The notes below the pieces were generated by a model that saw only the letters and a list, made by a program, of their open reading frames with translations, made no database searches and was not told where the DNA came from. The translations under genes were made by a program, and so were the position numbers. From Psilocybe cubensis (lineage: Eukaryota), in the NCBI GenBank assembly GCA_017499595.2, contig CM039008.1, forward strand, positions 1,798,001 to 1,862,000: a stretch of DNA of 64,000 nt. Reading direction: 5' to 3'. Of the stretch, positions 33,954 to 47,233 are shown in pieces (the first letter of the stretch is position 1; each line of letters starts with the position of its first letter).

Positions 33954-36813
33954 ATGATTGGAGAGGGTGCGGGCTCACGACTTCCGACATGGCTTCTTCT
34001 GGTCGCAGGTTTATCAACGGTCGTCGCCGTGCTCGTCTCGATGATGTCCATATTTCTGCAGTTGCGGAACTATAGGAAACCGTCACTGCAGCGGTGAGTT
34101 ATTTTTTCTTTATAAATGGTATTTTCTGTGCTCGTAGCTGATCTGCCTCTTCAGTATGGTTGTGCGGATCATGCTCATGGTGCCACTCTATGCCATAGCC
34201 TCGCTCATATCTCTGTTCTCAGTGGAAGCCGCTTTCGTGATTGACGCGATTAGAGATATATACGAGGTGAGGCATATTATTCTTTCGTGAGCCCGGCACG
34301 CCTTGCTTTTGGCGTCGACATCCTGTGCTGGTGGTCTGGTGCAATGGGGTTGGTTCAAACTGCGAACGAAAACATTATCGTCAGTCTAGCCCAAAAAAGC
34401 AATATTCTGCCAATATCTACTCGATTGAGTGTGCAAGGAAATCAGGATGCTTCGCGACGGTCGTTGATGTTTACACTCCCCGCTCGACCAGGCATTCGGA
34501 ATGCATCTGTTTCGTGGCCTTTTGCTGCGCAGATGACAAACATCATCAGCGCTACGGAGATGTCTTTGCGAGACTCGAGCTCAATCCCTAATATCTTTCG
34601 TATAACTGACCACCTATCTAGGCCTTTGTAATTTATTGCTTTTTCGTTCTTCTCCTATCATATCTCGGCGGGGAGCGCTCTCTCCTTATTCTTCTACATG
34701 GACGACCTCCGAAAGAACCTGTATTTCCTATCAACCTTATCAAACACGAAATCGATGTTTCGGATCCGTACACTTTTCTCTTTCTCAAACGTGGAATACT
34801 TCGTGAGTACTTAAATTGAACCTGAGTTCCATCAATCCTTCCTCCTAACCCTATTATAGAATACGTGCAGGTAAAGCCTGTTCTCGCTGCAGCAACCTTG
34901 ATCCTCAAAGCCGTCGGCAAATACAACGAAGGCGATTTCCGTGCCAACTCAGGTTATCTCTATGTCAGCATTGTATACAATGTCAGTATATGTCTAAGCT
35001 TATACTGCTTGGCTATGTTCTGGGTGTGCGTTAACGACGATCTTAAACCATTCCGGTGAGTATTCATAACCCTCGTTCAAAATATGCTGCTGACGTCATA
35101 TGTAGTCCTGTGCCAAAATTCCTCTGCGTGAAAGGAATCCTCTTCTTTTCTTTTTGGCAATCTATTGCCATATCCACACTCGTGGCCGCCCGCATCATCA
35201 CCAAGCTTGGTCCATACACCGATCCGGAGCCTGTGTCAGTTGGTATCAACGACCTGCTAATTTGCGTGGAAATGCCGTTTTTTGCTTTTGCTCACATGTA
35301 CGCGTTTTCATATAAAGACTTTGTGGACCCGACACACACCTTTGTTGCACGTATGCCCATGTTGTACGCTTTCCGCGATGCGTTTGGTCTATTGGACGTA
35401 GTGGAGGATACCAAGGCTACACTCCGTGGAGAGGGTATGGACTATCGAGAATTCGAACCTGCTGAAGGATTCATGCACCAAGGTGCCGGACGCGATCGTC
35501 GTATACGGGCAGGGCTGAGGTACAGCAAGGGAGGGCAGCGAAAATACTGGCTACCGAAAGTTACGGAAGATACACAACCTCCTGGACGCACAGAAAGGGT
35601 CGTGAACAAGGTCATTAAAAAAGTGGCTGGGGCAAACCAAGCAGAGACCGTCACCGCACCACTGCTTCCTCAAGATGCAGAGGACGTTGTACATCTTGCT
35701 CCCGACTTGCAAGATTCCACCGGCGAGAACATCTGGGGCGATCCAACTGTTGAAGATGGCTACGAGTTACCTTTTGGCGAAATCGATGAAGCAGATGAAG
35801 AGCTGTTTGCTCATAGCAAGCAATACCTTTTTGGCGACTACAATTACCCGTGTATTGACGTCAGCACAGAGTCTGCCCGGAGGTTGATGTGGACGGAAGA
35901 GGAACGGGTGTTGCGGGACGAGCGAGGGGCGTGGTTCTCGCCTATCAGAGGAGCACAAGGTCAGGCGGAATTGCAAAACAGGACACGCCCCGTATGGGAG
36001 GGGTACGGTGCCGTTGATAACTCGCAGCTACATCCACAGAGCAGGAAACTCCAGGCCAAGTCACCCGATCGCTTCTACAGTGACGACAGTCCTGAGGACC
36101 AGCGGCTCATCGACCACGATGCGAAGCCCACGGAGCCCACGGATGTCTCGCTGCGTTGGACGAAGGCGAAGAGCCCCACCGGTAGTCGGCTGGGGTCTTC
36201 TTCGTTATCACAGTCGCCTGCGCGCAATATACGAAGCGTTCAGCAGCAGTCGGCGCGACACACGCCTGCGTCTTCGGTAGCGAGTGGGAGTGGCAGCGGA
36301 AGCAGCCGATGGGGGGCCGACATACGATCGCCACCATCGCTCTCGCGAGAGAACTCACGCGTTAAGGCAGGTGGGTCGCCTGTGCTACCACCAGACGCAG
36401 TGGATCTAGTGGTGGAAGACAAGGCAGCCGAGGAGGATCTGATGCGTGAGAGAAGGAAGGGCGAGCCAGCGACACGCGGCGGCTCAGGGCTGAGAAAGAT
36501 CTATCGCCGAGGTTTTGTGGCGCAAGGCGAGGATGGGGAACGCGCAGAAGGAGAGGTTGAAGTTGAGGAGCGCGCAGAGAATGCTGAGGATGCCCGCCGA
36601 ATGGAAGTTGGCGAGCAGCTTGTGCATACCATCGGCGATGATAGCGGCGATGATGAGGGAAGAGGCTTCCCCGCGCCCAGTGGGCACTCAGATTGGGCAC
36701 AGGACGTCCAAGTGGAAGGCGTCGTCGCCAGGACGGGGACTCCTCCTCTGCACGCCCGTGTACAAGCACATCACTATCATGATATCCCCGACGATGACAA
36801 TCCGTGGGCATAA
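33954..36813 (+). CDS. Organic solute transporter alpha / TMEM184 (DUF300) family membrane protein
   Basis: LRNYRKPSLQR|MVVRIMLMVPLYAI...DAIRDIYE|AFVIYCFF...YVQVKP...PVPKFLCVKGILFFSFWQ...CVEMPFFAFAHMYAFSY, followed by a long disordered C-terminus. Confidence 0.92.
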
Positions 36814-38068
36814 TGTTTTCTCCGTCGTCTTCATTTTTCTCCATCTAACTTTCATCTGTACTATGTTCAACATCAAATGCGATTCCCTCGGTACGGTCGG
36901 TATTTGGTGCTCTTTTTCCTGCGTTTGTATTATTAGTAACCGCTTTCTAGTACTAGTAGAGTTTTATGAATCGCTTTCGTGTTTTGGCAGCCATCTTTTG
37001 TTACGACTCTTCTCTGTGAACACCCGGGTGATAGCATATATCTACCATTGGTGAGCCCACAACTATGATATTGAACAGCCGTGGCACTTAACTCGTCTTC
37101 AACTCGGTGCCAAATTAACTTCACCTCATGGTATTTGCATGGCATTCTCGTAAAGCTTAAATCTGACAATTCTCAGTGTCATTTATTACTTCGAGCGTAC
37201 TCCGTGCAGGTCCTGCGAATGGACGACCTCGCTCGTTCCCATTGAAGCTAAGATTAAACGCTGAAGGTACTGTTCGTCCCAAAGGGTCTAAACCATTTAC
37301 CTCGAGGCAGACCAAAAAATGGGGTATACGTATTCGATATCTGGGGATTTCTCAATGGTTGGTCACCAGTGTTGTATATGATCATTTTTCTTCGGCAGTG
37401 CTCTCTCTACATCAGGCAATTATATATTAACCACTTTGGAAAGTGCTTGTCCCTGCGGAGAAAAGGTGTCCATAGTTCTGGGATTTCCGAATTATCGCAG
37501 TTGAGGTCCTTTCTAAAGCATCTTGCATCTCATAACATATGAATACTCTATATACTTTTACCACTATGATCATCATCAAATCACTTATTTTTATACCTCG
37601 CGCAAACAGAACATCATTTGTTGTAACTTAGTACTCGCGCCAGTCTGTTCATATAGCTAAGGTCATTATGGACTGGAAAATTCGTTTAAATGGTAAGTTG
37701 AATGATGATGTTTAAGCTTGAACAGTGGCAGCTTGAACGTAAACTGTCCTACAATTACGTTGAATTCAAACCATCCTGCAGCCTCCAACTTGTCAGTGTA
37801 GCCTACATTTTCACTTCTTCAATTACACAGGGACTGGGCGCTAGCCAAACAAAGGGTCTGTCGGATGCAACGTGGTTGAACAACTTGATTTAGTGGCTTA
37901 GTCCAAGCTGGACCCACAGGTCATGCGTGGCTGTGTCATCCATCGAACTTGCTCGTTGTTTTGCTCTGTTTTACAGTAATTACAACCAACATGATACTCA
38001 GAACAACATGGTGCCAAAGTTATTGCCATTTGAAGCGGCTGAAGGAGAGTTATTTTAGACCCATAGAC

Positions 38069-38263
38069 TCAAGGAACGTGTCTACCACAGGTGGCCCAAT
38101 GCTGTTCTACTAGTTGAATACTATAACCCCAGGATTCGAGATCGTCATGCTTCCCTTTTCGGCGGCTTACAAGTGCAGACTTCAATTTAGATAAGGTATG
38201 CGAGCTGCGCAAAGGACAGTCACGCTGCAATATTAATGGCTGAACGGAGGTGTATGGCGTCAC
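38069..38263 (-). pseudogene. Possible degraded casein-kinase-1-like kinase fragment
   Basis: TPYTSV...VSRR...DDLESWGYS resembles CK1 'GTxxYAS...SRRDDLESxGY'. No intact flanking ORF. Confidence 0.3.
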
Positions 38264-40574
38264 TTTAATGCAACATCTGGAAGCTAAAGTTAACTGCCAT
38301 GCAAATAGCGCAGCGAATAGCCTGAACTTTTGGCATCAGAAAGAAGGTGCATTGCACAATGCTTCGAGATCACGGTATTCTATTCGATGCGATATCTTCC
38401 GTTGTATCAGATGAAGTGGCATAATTCTTATACCGAACGATAGATGTCGGACACTGCGTCCAGGTTAGATTTTCTTAAGAGCAGACCAAAGACCGATTAT
38501 GAAGGATCCAACCATTATAGAAACAAGACCCGACGAGTTTGAAAAACCCGCCCTTTCCGTAGCGTACTGACCTGTTCAAAGAAGTTTGTGGGCGCAGTAA
38601 AGTCCTTAACCTAACCATTGTTATTAAAATTTACGCATCTGTTTTTCAAACCCGCTCCTTTACCCACCCTGCACAGTACCACCAAGCTAGTTAATGTATG
38701 CAGCAAACCGTAAGGATCTCCATCTGGACCAGAAGTTGCATTTTTGCACCAGTTCCGCACATTAGATAAGCGACATGAAACAGAGAAAATTGTCTGGACA
38801 GTGGACACGTACGTCTCTATCGCACACCTTCTGAGCCGAGAATCCACCCCTCCAAGCGTGAACCTTCATTCTTGTATTTGTAGCCGTCAGGTTAATTTTG
38901 GGTGAAACTAGAGCTTGACGGTTTTCTTTGCAGGGGACATCAGTCAAAGACGAAGTGCCATGGACATACAAAAACATCGCGGATATGATTTATCTAGGCT
39001 TGCGAGTTCCGAGCTAGCCATCGTAGAGTCCTACAATGAGCCACCTGTTTTGGCGTAGAGCATTGACATAGATCCTAGTCCAGAGTGGCGCCAGTCTAGC
39101 GTAGTTTGTGTGCGGACGCTCAGTCTGCGGACCTTACGGGTGCATCGCCGGTTGTGAGTTGGAGCTCAGGTACAGGCTGAACCAAGCTTGCCGAGGACCA
39201 TTTTGGGTCCTTCGGCTTCAGGGAGACTTTAGATGGCTGAACTCGTGAGAGACTTGGGCGAGGCTGTGCCTTCGAATTAGGCGGATCGTCCGATCACGAT
39301 GTGAGGACAAAATCCAAGTGCCTACAGACATCATAGCGCATCATGGGACAGCACCCATGGACATTCCTCGACGTAGAAAGAACCCCATCGAGACGACAAG
39401 TACTGGCTGGAGTGAGAAGGAAGCAGGCCAATGATTGATGTTGGAAATTTTGGTTGCTGCGTAGCATGGAGTAGGCTTTATTATAGATATGAGGCCAGCA
39501 AAAGAATATTTTATCTCATGGATGGGTAATTTGAAGCATGGGTGTAGAGTGCAGAAATGCCAGACGACGATAGAACGAGCAAGATATGACACAATGCTTG
39601 TGGGTTCTGAATCGATAAGCAGAGCAGAGTGATGGAATGTGCGAAGTGGCTGTCTCGCAGAAGATAGAAATGCCTAATTGGAATAATATTTATATATATA
39701 AGTGTTCCGCTCCCGCTTTGAATCAGGAGTCTTTGTATAGAACACTCACCGAAGAAGTGGGAATGAGTTGAAACTCGACTTTTCTTCTTTTGTGGCCGTG
39801 GTCAAGAATCAGGCGATGGGGATATAGGACAACTTCCTTTTTTGAAAGAATCCCACGATCAAATTTCCCTCAAGCTGGCATGCTCAGACCTGAAATGTCT
39901 CTTGACTGAACACGATGCGTTGTTATTGTGCCTATGCTCAACACATTCATCCACTGACATTGATCAACATACTTTCCTTTGCTCCAAGCGTTTGCACTAT
40001 TCCCGAATCCCAAGGATCTCGAGATCTCTAGCGCATTGCTTGGTTTCGACAGCCGGGAGCCCGAGTGGCCTCTGAATCCGAGTCGACTCTGGATTTCGGA
40101 GTCGAAGTACAAGTCGCCTGATCCTGGCGATCATTACTGTTAAACTGACTTGGACTCGAGATGGGATGACTTCGGCCCATTGTGCTGGAGCGCCTCGAGG
40201 ACCTGAAGCACTTGGGTATTATACCCATCAAACGTGCAGGGGCTTATTTCGCTGGGATATTCATAGACCCATCCCTTCCAATTCCGTGATGCGTAGTAAT
40301 CCGACTGACACCCTTTACATATGAGCGAGTCAGCTAATCAATGGGCCTATGAACCAATTTGTGCCTTCGGACCAGGAATTTGATGGGAAGAGTAAAAAGA
40401 CTCCTACAGGCTACATGATCATCACAGATTTATTGACCGGGTTTAACTCATGTAAAGCAAGGTACAAAAGCCAGGAGATGACGCTTGTTGAAATGCACTT
40501 TCTCCACCCCCTCTCCTTCGGTCCCCCTCCCTAGCAAATCGAAATGTAGGCTCCCTCATATTTTAGATCTTCTA

Positions 40575-41070
40575 ATGTCTGATCATCTAGCCTATTGCGT
40601 CATTTCGTCTAGGCCTCACAGTCCATTGTCGATTGTACGCCTCGTCGTGAGCACAGATGGAGAGCAATACAGAGTCGTGGACGTGTCTGGTGCCCCAGAC
40701 GGAAACTGGATTCGTCGACGTATACTGGCGAAGGTGAATGCAGTCAACGTCACTTCAACGCGCATCCTGAACACTCATCACGAAGTATACATAGCTCACC
40801 ATCCCTGAGCATCTACACTCTCACTTCTCAATCTATCCATCAGAAGCTGGCTCCCTAGCGTTGGGAGGGGCTCTAAGCGACAGACGGCTTTTTTTACACT
40901 GCCGTGAAAGCGGGGATCCGTCAGGTTCTCTGAAATTCTTCGTCTCTACCTCTCCGGATCGACGTCTACCGTCTGACCCCGGTTTTGCCAGCCAAATATT
41001 TCCGGTTAGTGTGAATCCCCACCTTCTCAATGAATCACCCCACTCAGAACTCATCAAGGTCACTAAATGA
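40575..41070 (+). CDS. Small protein resembling the N-terminal non-catalytic domain of basidiomycete BCK1-like MAPKKK; 3' end uncertain
   Basis: VRLVVSTDGEQYRVVDVSGAPDGNWIRRRILAK|LTIP...FSIYPSEAGSLALGGALSDRRLFLHCRESGDPSGSLKFFV. Intron ~40734-40794. No kinase domain visible downstream. Confidence 0.55.
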
Positions 41071-44000
41071 TAGGCACTTTAAATGATTGGATTAATCCCT
41101 ATTTCCTCCTCTCTTACCCACCAATGACCGTTACACATCACCCATCCATTGGATAAAATTCGAAGATCCACCCTATCTTCATTCATCACTTGATATTCCA
41201 GATTCGATTCACCCCGCACACCATGCGCATGCCCCGATGAACGCACTACACCGTTCCACGCTCCACGATTTACCCCCTGTACAACTTACATGACACCCCC
41301 AAGTTCCTTAACCACTGTATATTAGCAACAATCACAATGCGGCGATGTACGAATAATGGGAATAGACTGGCATTTAATTTCTTGATCTTTCTCAGTGACG
41401 CTCTTAACGTGCATCAATGGGCATCTTAACGCTGTCAATTGGGTAGTCACCAGGTTGGCTGAAGGCGTGGTAGCTGATCCCATACTGGGCAGCTACCTAT
41501 CTGGTTCATCCCGCCTCCTGTTTCAGGTTTGGTCAATAATACTTACGCCTGTGTGTAATTCTGATCTCTCGGCCGGATTTGTTCTGTGGGATCTGCCTGT
41601 CCACAGGCTCCTCGTAGTTTGAGATCCTCGGCCGAGCAAGAACAGAGACATGACCAAATCGCCAGAACTCCTCGAGAAGACAACCTTCGTGCGGTACTAT
41701 CTTTCCGCGAGGCCTTGTTCTGCAAGCGAGCTCCTTACCAAGCCTTGGGTCTTCCTAATTCCAATTTGAAGCATTACTCACTCTATGATTCACCGATTCT
41801 TCCGGCAAATGCGAGTTTTGTGGATGCAGCCAATAATGTTCATCAGCTCGTGGCCGCACGACCTACATCTCGAAGGAGGTAATAACATGTATCTTGTACT
41901 TGATTTGATCGAGACGACAATGAAATCGTAATCAAATGAAGTGTTTTATTGCCTTCTCTGATAAGTCAACGTGATTCAAGGTTGCTGGGAAGGTTGCTTC
42001 AAGCTCTGGTAATGTAGATGGACCGTTGAATCTGATCTTATCTGAACATATGACGATAGTCATGGGTTTAGGCGCCGAGATATTGACGTTCGATCAAGGC
42101 CTCATGGTGGACCTTGCAGCCAAATTATCATGTTCGATAACCAGATTTTGGAGCCATCGCCGTGCATTTCAACTGGGCAAGGGTGAAGACTACCCAGACT
42201 TTTGAATCTCAAATTGCTTGTTCTTTTGTTGCCATTAGCCTTCGTTAAGAAATACAGAATAGACCGTCTATCGGAATCTTGACAGACAACATAGGGGACA
42301 GGTACCAGGTTGGATTCAGGATGCCATTAGTATAATATGATGAACCACAGATTCAACGCTCTATATAACTAGCCATGGAATGCTCGCGTCTTACCGACCT
42401 AAAACGCGGAGATTCGAGGAGATTGGACGACAGGTAATTCTCGAGTGTTAAGCAAGTGCGAACCAGACCACCGCCGGTAGAAGCCACCACAGATTCGGAA
42501 ACTAAACCAAACCCGCAACAAGTCACAAGCCAGCCGAGATGGCATGGGCAATAGATTTGTGGTGTTAGCGACCCGAGAGTTACGGCAGAGAGTCCTATTG
42601 CCACTTGAATAATACAGCAAGTCAAACCTGAGCTATACTATTCCACTCGGATTTTGGTGGGTTATGATGCAACCGACGCTTGTAATACAGTACGGATCCG
42701 GAATAAATTACAGAGCCGCTACACATATATTCATTCTTGCAAATTTGAGCGTCCTCTAACGTCGGAAGTAAGCATGATGTATATTCCTGGGGCTTGGTGA
42801 GGAGCCGAGCGGCGAAACGGACTTGAGTCCTTCTCAGGTTAGGAAACGTGGTATAAATTGTGTGTCAATTCTAGTTGTTATGTTGTATACAAGTCCCCTC
42901 GTTGAATTGATATAGATATCCCTCAGACTCTATTCTTAAAGTTGAGTTTTATAGAAAGACGGACCACTGCATCCGACAATGGCACCCGTTTCTTTGATTC
43001 GCCACCATGTTTGCAGCCACAGGAGGGGCACAGTGTTTAATTTTAACAACTTCATTCTCTATTGTATTCTGGAATAATTCAGATTGATGTGCGAACCAAT
43101 TTACTGATGGTGCACACTTCCAAAGAGCGGCGGAAAAAAGGAGCCATGAGCAGAAGGAATTAACCAGGTACGTTTTTGTTGACTCATCCTGTTTCTGCGG
43201 CCTGCCAGTTATAATCTATATCAATCTTACTTTCCTTTTGTGTATTTCCTTTAGTTCCGTCCTTTAAATACATCAGCAGCGTATTTGCAGAAGGATGGCC
43301 GTAGTCCAGGAACATACTTCAGCGCAGCTTAGACTGATTATGTTGTTTCCCGTTTAGGTTTAATGGGCGCCTAAGGCATCGATCAAATCCTTATCCATTA
43401 ATACTTCTGATTCGACCTGAGTCATTAGAACTTGACCTGCAGCACTTTATTCCACTGTTGATTCTCTGAATGCGCAGAAATTCGCATGGAAGGGTGAAGA
43501 AACGCCGTTCTGACAATCGCTCGTACGCGATCATGGTTTCCACGTTCATAATCCAGAAGATTGTCGAGTTGCTGAGACCTACAATTTATTTACAGCAAAT
43601 AAAATGTAAGTCTGTGAGATCTTCTGGGAAATCATCATGTTATTACGGCTGATTATCAGGTATGTATAAACTCGACACCTATCCAGTTGCGCGGTGGCCA
43701 TGATTAACGATCAACCGCGAAGGCCGATTTCGTTGCTTCTTAATGAGTTTTCTAGGTAACAAGGAGGTCAAATTATGCCAGCTGCGACTTAAATACCCCA
43801 TTTTGCAAGTCAGCGCAAGCTGAAAATAAGCATATGACGAGAGCGCTACGCCCCCGGACAGTATGACCAGGCCAGACCAAACTCAAATTCGAAACACATC
43901 GAAGTTTCCCAAGTTCTCCGGCACATAGAATTCCGACTGCTTGTCAATTTGAGTTATCTTGGATTTTGAGCACACATTGAGTAAGACTTAGAATGTCACT

Positions 44001-44617
44001 TCTGGAATTGCGGTGCTAGTCAATTCCGAAGGGACAATGATAATGGCCTTCGAAGTTCGACGATTCCCATGTACAACTTTTGCTCAACGATCCATAGGGA
44101 GCTATCCGCTGGTCTTTGTCCCGAGAATCAGCCGACTGTTGTAAAGTTTCTTTATACGTCAAAGGACAAGGATGTCCAGGCGTCCTTACTTGGGTAGTGG
44201 TCAGCAATCAAATTGGAAGATCAATTGCTAAAGCGGGTAAGCATCTTCCAATGACTTCAATTTGAGGACCCTCGAATCTGGCTGTCACTTGTCAATTTGA
44301 CCGTCCAACGTCAGTGTTCTTTCGCGACTTCCTGAGCCGCAGGTCTGAATCATGCGCGGCAGTACGCACTACAGGAGTGATCGATACAAAGATGTAAGCC
44401 TGCTCTTACACTATTTATTTGGTCGTTACAACATGAATGAAATTTGATTAACAGCTTGGTTGTCGGTGATAGGATTGGTGGAGTCGGGAATCGAATCGAA
44501 TCGAGGGAATACTAGGGAATCAAAAATAAACAGCCCAAAGGTGATAATCCACAGGACAAACATATATGAAGCGTGGCACGCCGTACCAGCGCTATTCCAA
44601 CCGTAGACCCCAAAGTT

Positions 44618-45429
44618 CTAAACGGCGTACTTCTGGGTCCACTCCTGGCTCACTCGCTGAGCGTCCGCTTCGTTCTCCTTGTAGTGTTTTGCAACATCGG
44701 TGGCGAGGGGATCATCGGGATTAGGAGCACTTAGGAGGGCTTGAACGGACAGCAGGACCGTTCGGATTTGGAGGGCGGGTGACCATTTGTCTAGAGAAGG
44801 GAAGGACAGAAGGGTCGGTATCTCATGGACAAAAGGGTTGACACATCGGTGGGGATGGCGTACCTTTCAGAATATCCAGGCATATCCGTCCAAGCTTATC
44901 TATACAGGGGTATAGACGGTATGAATGGCGGAAGATCGTGAGTTTTGACAGACTAGGGGTATTGGGTGGATGACAAAGGCGCTACTGACCGATATTGGGG
45001 TGGTAGATCTTGGTCAAAAACCGCACTTTGGGAGGTGCCATTGGGTATTCTTCAGGTAGAAATAGCTCTAGCTTGAATTTGCCGTCTTTTCGGAGCAATG
45101 CGTGTAAATTGATAAGCTATCGAAGCTGGATAAAGAGGAAGAACCTGAGCGTACTTTGGAACGGGCTTCCTCCTGGACCTTCAATTATGACATCAAAGTA
45201 CCGTAGGTTATCGTCATGTGGGAGGGCAGAGATTCCAGGAGCTGGGTCTGCGACGAGCCTTTCTGTTTCCTTTGAACAGCCGATGGTGAGTTGGTCGCAC
45301 GATCGCAGTTGAGGATGCAACTTCATCTAACCTTGATAATTCGCTAACAGATGCAAGAGTTTTGATTAAACTGTGATCCAGACCAGTGATTTGAGAAAAG
45401 TTGGAAATAAATACCTTTGGAAGAGCCAT
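44618..45429 (-). CDS. UBC13: Ubiquitin-conjugating enzyme E2 Ubc13/UBE2N
   Basis: MALPK|RIIK|ETERL...[14 protein letters not shown]...[69 protein letters not shown]. Includes a 12-nt microexon at 45332-45343. Confidence 0.95.
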
Positions 45430-45546
45430 ATGAGATACGTTTCAGCGATTATAGTCCCAACAACTGGCAGAAATAGATAGAGATGAAGGAAGATGGGTGA
45501 ACAAGTAGAGGAAGCTTCGGGCTCGGCGCAGTTCCTTCGGCATCAG

Positions 45547-45555
45547 ATGACTCAT
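45547..45555. promoter_or_regulatory. Perfect Gcn4/CpcA/AP-1-type bZIP site ATGACTCAT in the divergent UBC13 / hydrolase promoter
   Basis: GATGACTCATC lies in the ~400-bp interval between the two head-to-head start codons. Confidence 0.35.
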
Positions 45556-45824
45556 CCATAATGCTTTTGCACAACAAAACATCCTTTGAACAGTTCAAGC
45601 AAAATCATTAATTATATTATTATACTAGCATAAAAAGACTGATGTTTTATCTTTCGTAGGTTGCTTTACTTGGATATAAAGATAAATGCTGCAAGACAAC
45701 TGGGAACTAAGATGTTATTTGAAATGCATACCCTTGACAAGCATGAACAAGCTGATTTGTCATTCTCAAGCTCTGGTCCAATTTGAAACCGAATGCGAGC
45801 GCGCCAACTTTCTTTCTTCGCATC

Positions 45825-47233
45825 ATGTCGGGGTTCTTTCCGTCGCTGGAGACATTTGCAAAGGTTCATTTTTCATTTACGTACCGTGATATTAATTAAA
45901 CGCTGGTGCACAGGGCACATTCGCCACGGTAGCTGGATTGTCGACGTTGAGTTTGTGTCTTCACTGTGGAATTTCATTATGTCAATGATGTTCTGACCAA
46001 ATGCATTCGCAGGCGTAGGCCTTGTCTATTATGGCCAAAATTATTTGATATACCCTTCAGCATTTCCTCCTGGATCACGTACAGGTACTGGTGGCGCATG
46101 AAGGCATCAGATGTCGATTAACATATATCGCTTCCAACAGAGGTTGCGCGCCCTTCCGATTTTGAATTGCCTTACGAGGACCTCGAGCTGAAGACCTCAG
46201 ACGATGTAACACTGCGGTGTTACTTGCTTCTGCAGAAGAAGGATGTAGGCCACGCAGCAACCTATATGGACATACCTAATTCAGTGACCGAGGATGAGGT
46301 CAGTCAGTCGATGCCATCCCAATAACGCTAAGGATTCTAATGACCATCCAGTTTATTGCAAGTAGACCGACAGTTATCATGTTCCACGGCAATGGGGGCA
46401 ACATGGGGCATCGCATACCCCTCGCAGGGATCTTCTACAGGAAGATGCGCTGTAATGTTCTTATGATGTGTTACAGGGGGTACGGACACTCCGACGGGTC
46501 GCCATCAGAAAAAGGTGCGCAGTGCCATATATTCCTCCATGGATGTCAGTGCTCACTTGATATCAGGCTTACGGATAGATGCACAGACAGCACTAGACTA
46601 CCTCACCTCTAACCCCGTACTCAAGCAGACCGCAATTGTATGCGCCCCATATTGCACAGTCCACTTTTATTAAATAATTAACTTTCGACGCACAGGTTCT
46701 GTACGGCCAATCCATTGGCGGCGCCGTCGCGATTGATCTTGCAAGCCGCAACCCCGACAAAATCTGCGCCCTCATCCTCGAAAACACATTCACTTCCCTG
46801 CCAAGCCTCGTTCCACATGCACTACCCATACTCGGGCCCTTCTCTTTCCTGTGCCACCAGAAGTGGGACTCGGCGTCCAAGATTCCTCTAATACCCGCCA
46901 CGACGCCAATTCTGATGTTGAGTGGGGCAAAGGACGAGATTGTACCTCGGGAGCACATGCGCGCGCTATGGGAGGCTGTAGCGAAGCGCGGTGAAAAGAA
47001 GAAGCCAAATGGAAGCGAATATAAGGTGGGACTGGAGCGGGCGAAGTATATGGAATTCGAGAACGGCCAGCACAGTGAGTTTGTCTGGTCAATGGTTATA
47101 GATTTTCCTGCTCATTTCTGTAGACAATACCTGTACGCAACCTGGGTACTGGACTGCTGTTGCAGAGTTTGTGGCTAGCCTCGGTGATAGTTATCGCGAG
47201 AAGCATCGCACGCCTCCTCGATCGGGCCTATAG
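45825..47233 (+). CDS. Alpha/beta hydrolase, BEM46/ABHD13-like
   Basis: GQNYLIYPS, MFHGNGGNMGHR, YRGYGHSDGSPSEKG, nucleophile elbow YGQSIGGAV, ENTFTS, LSGAKDEIVP, NGQH|N/D. Confidence 0.9.
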
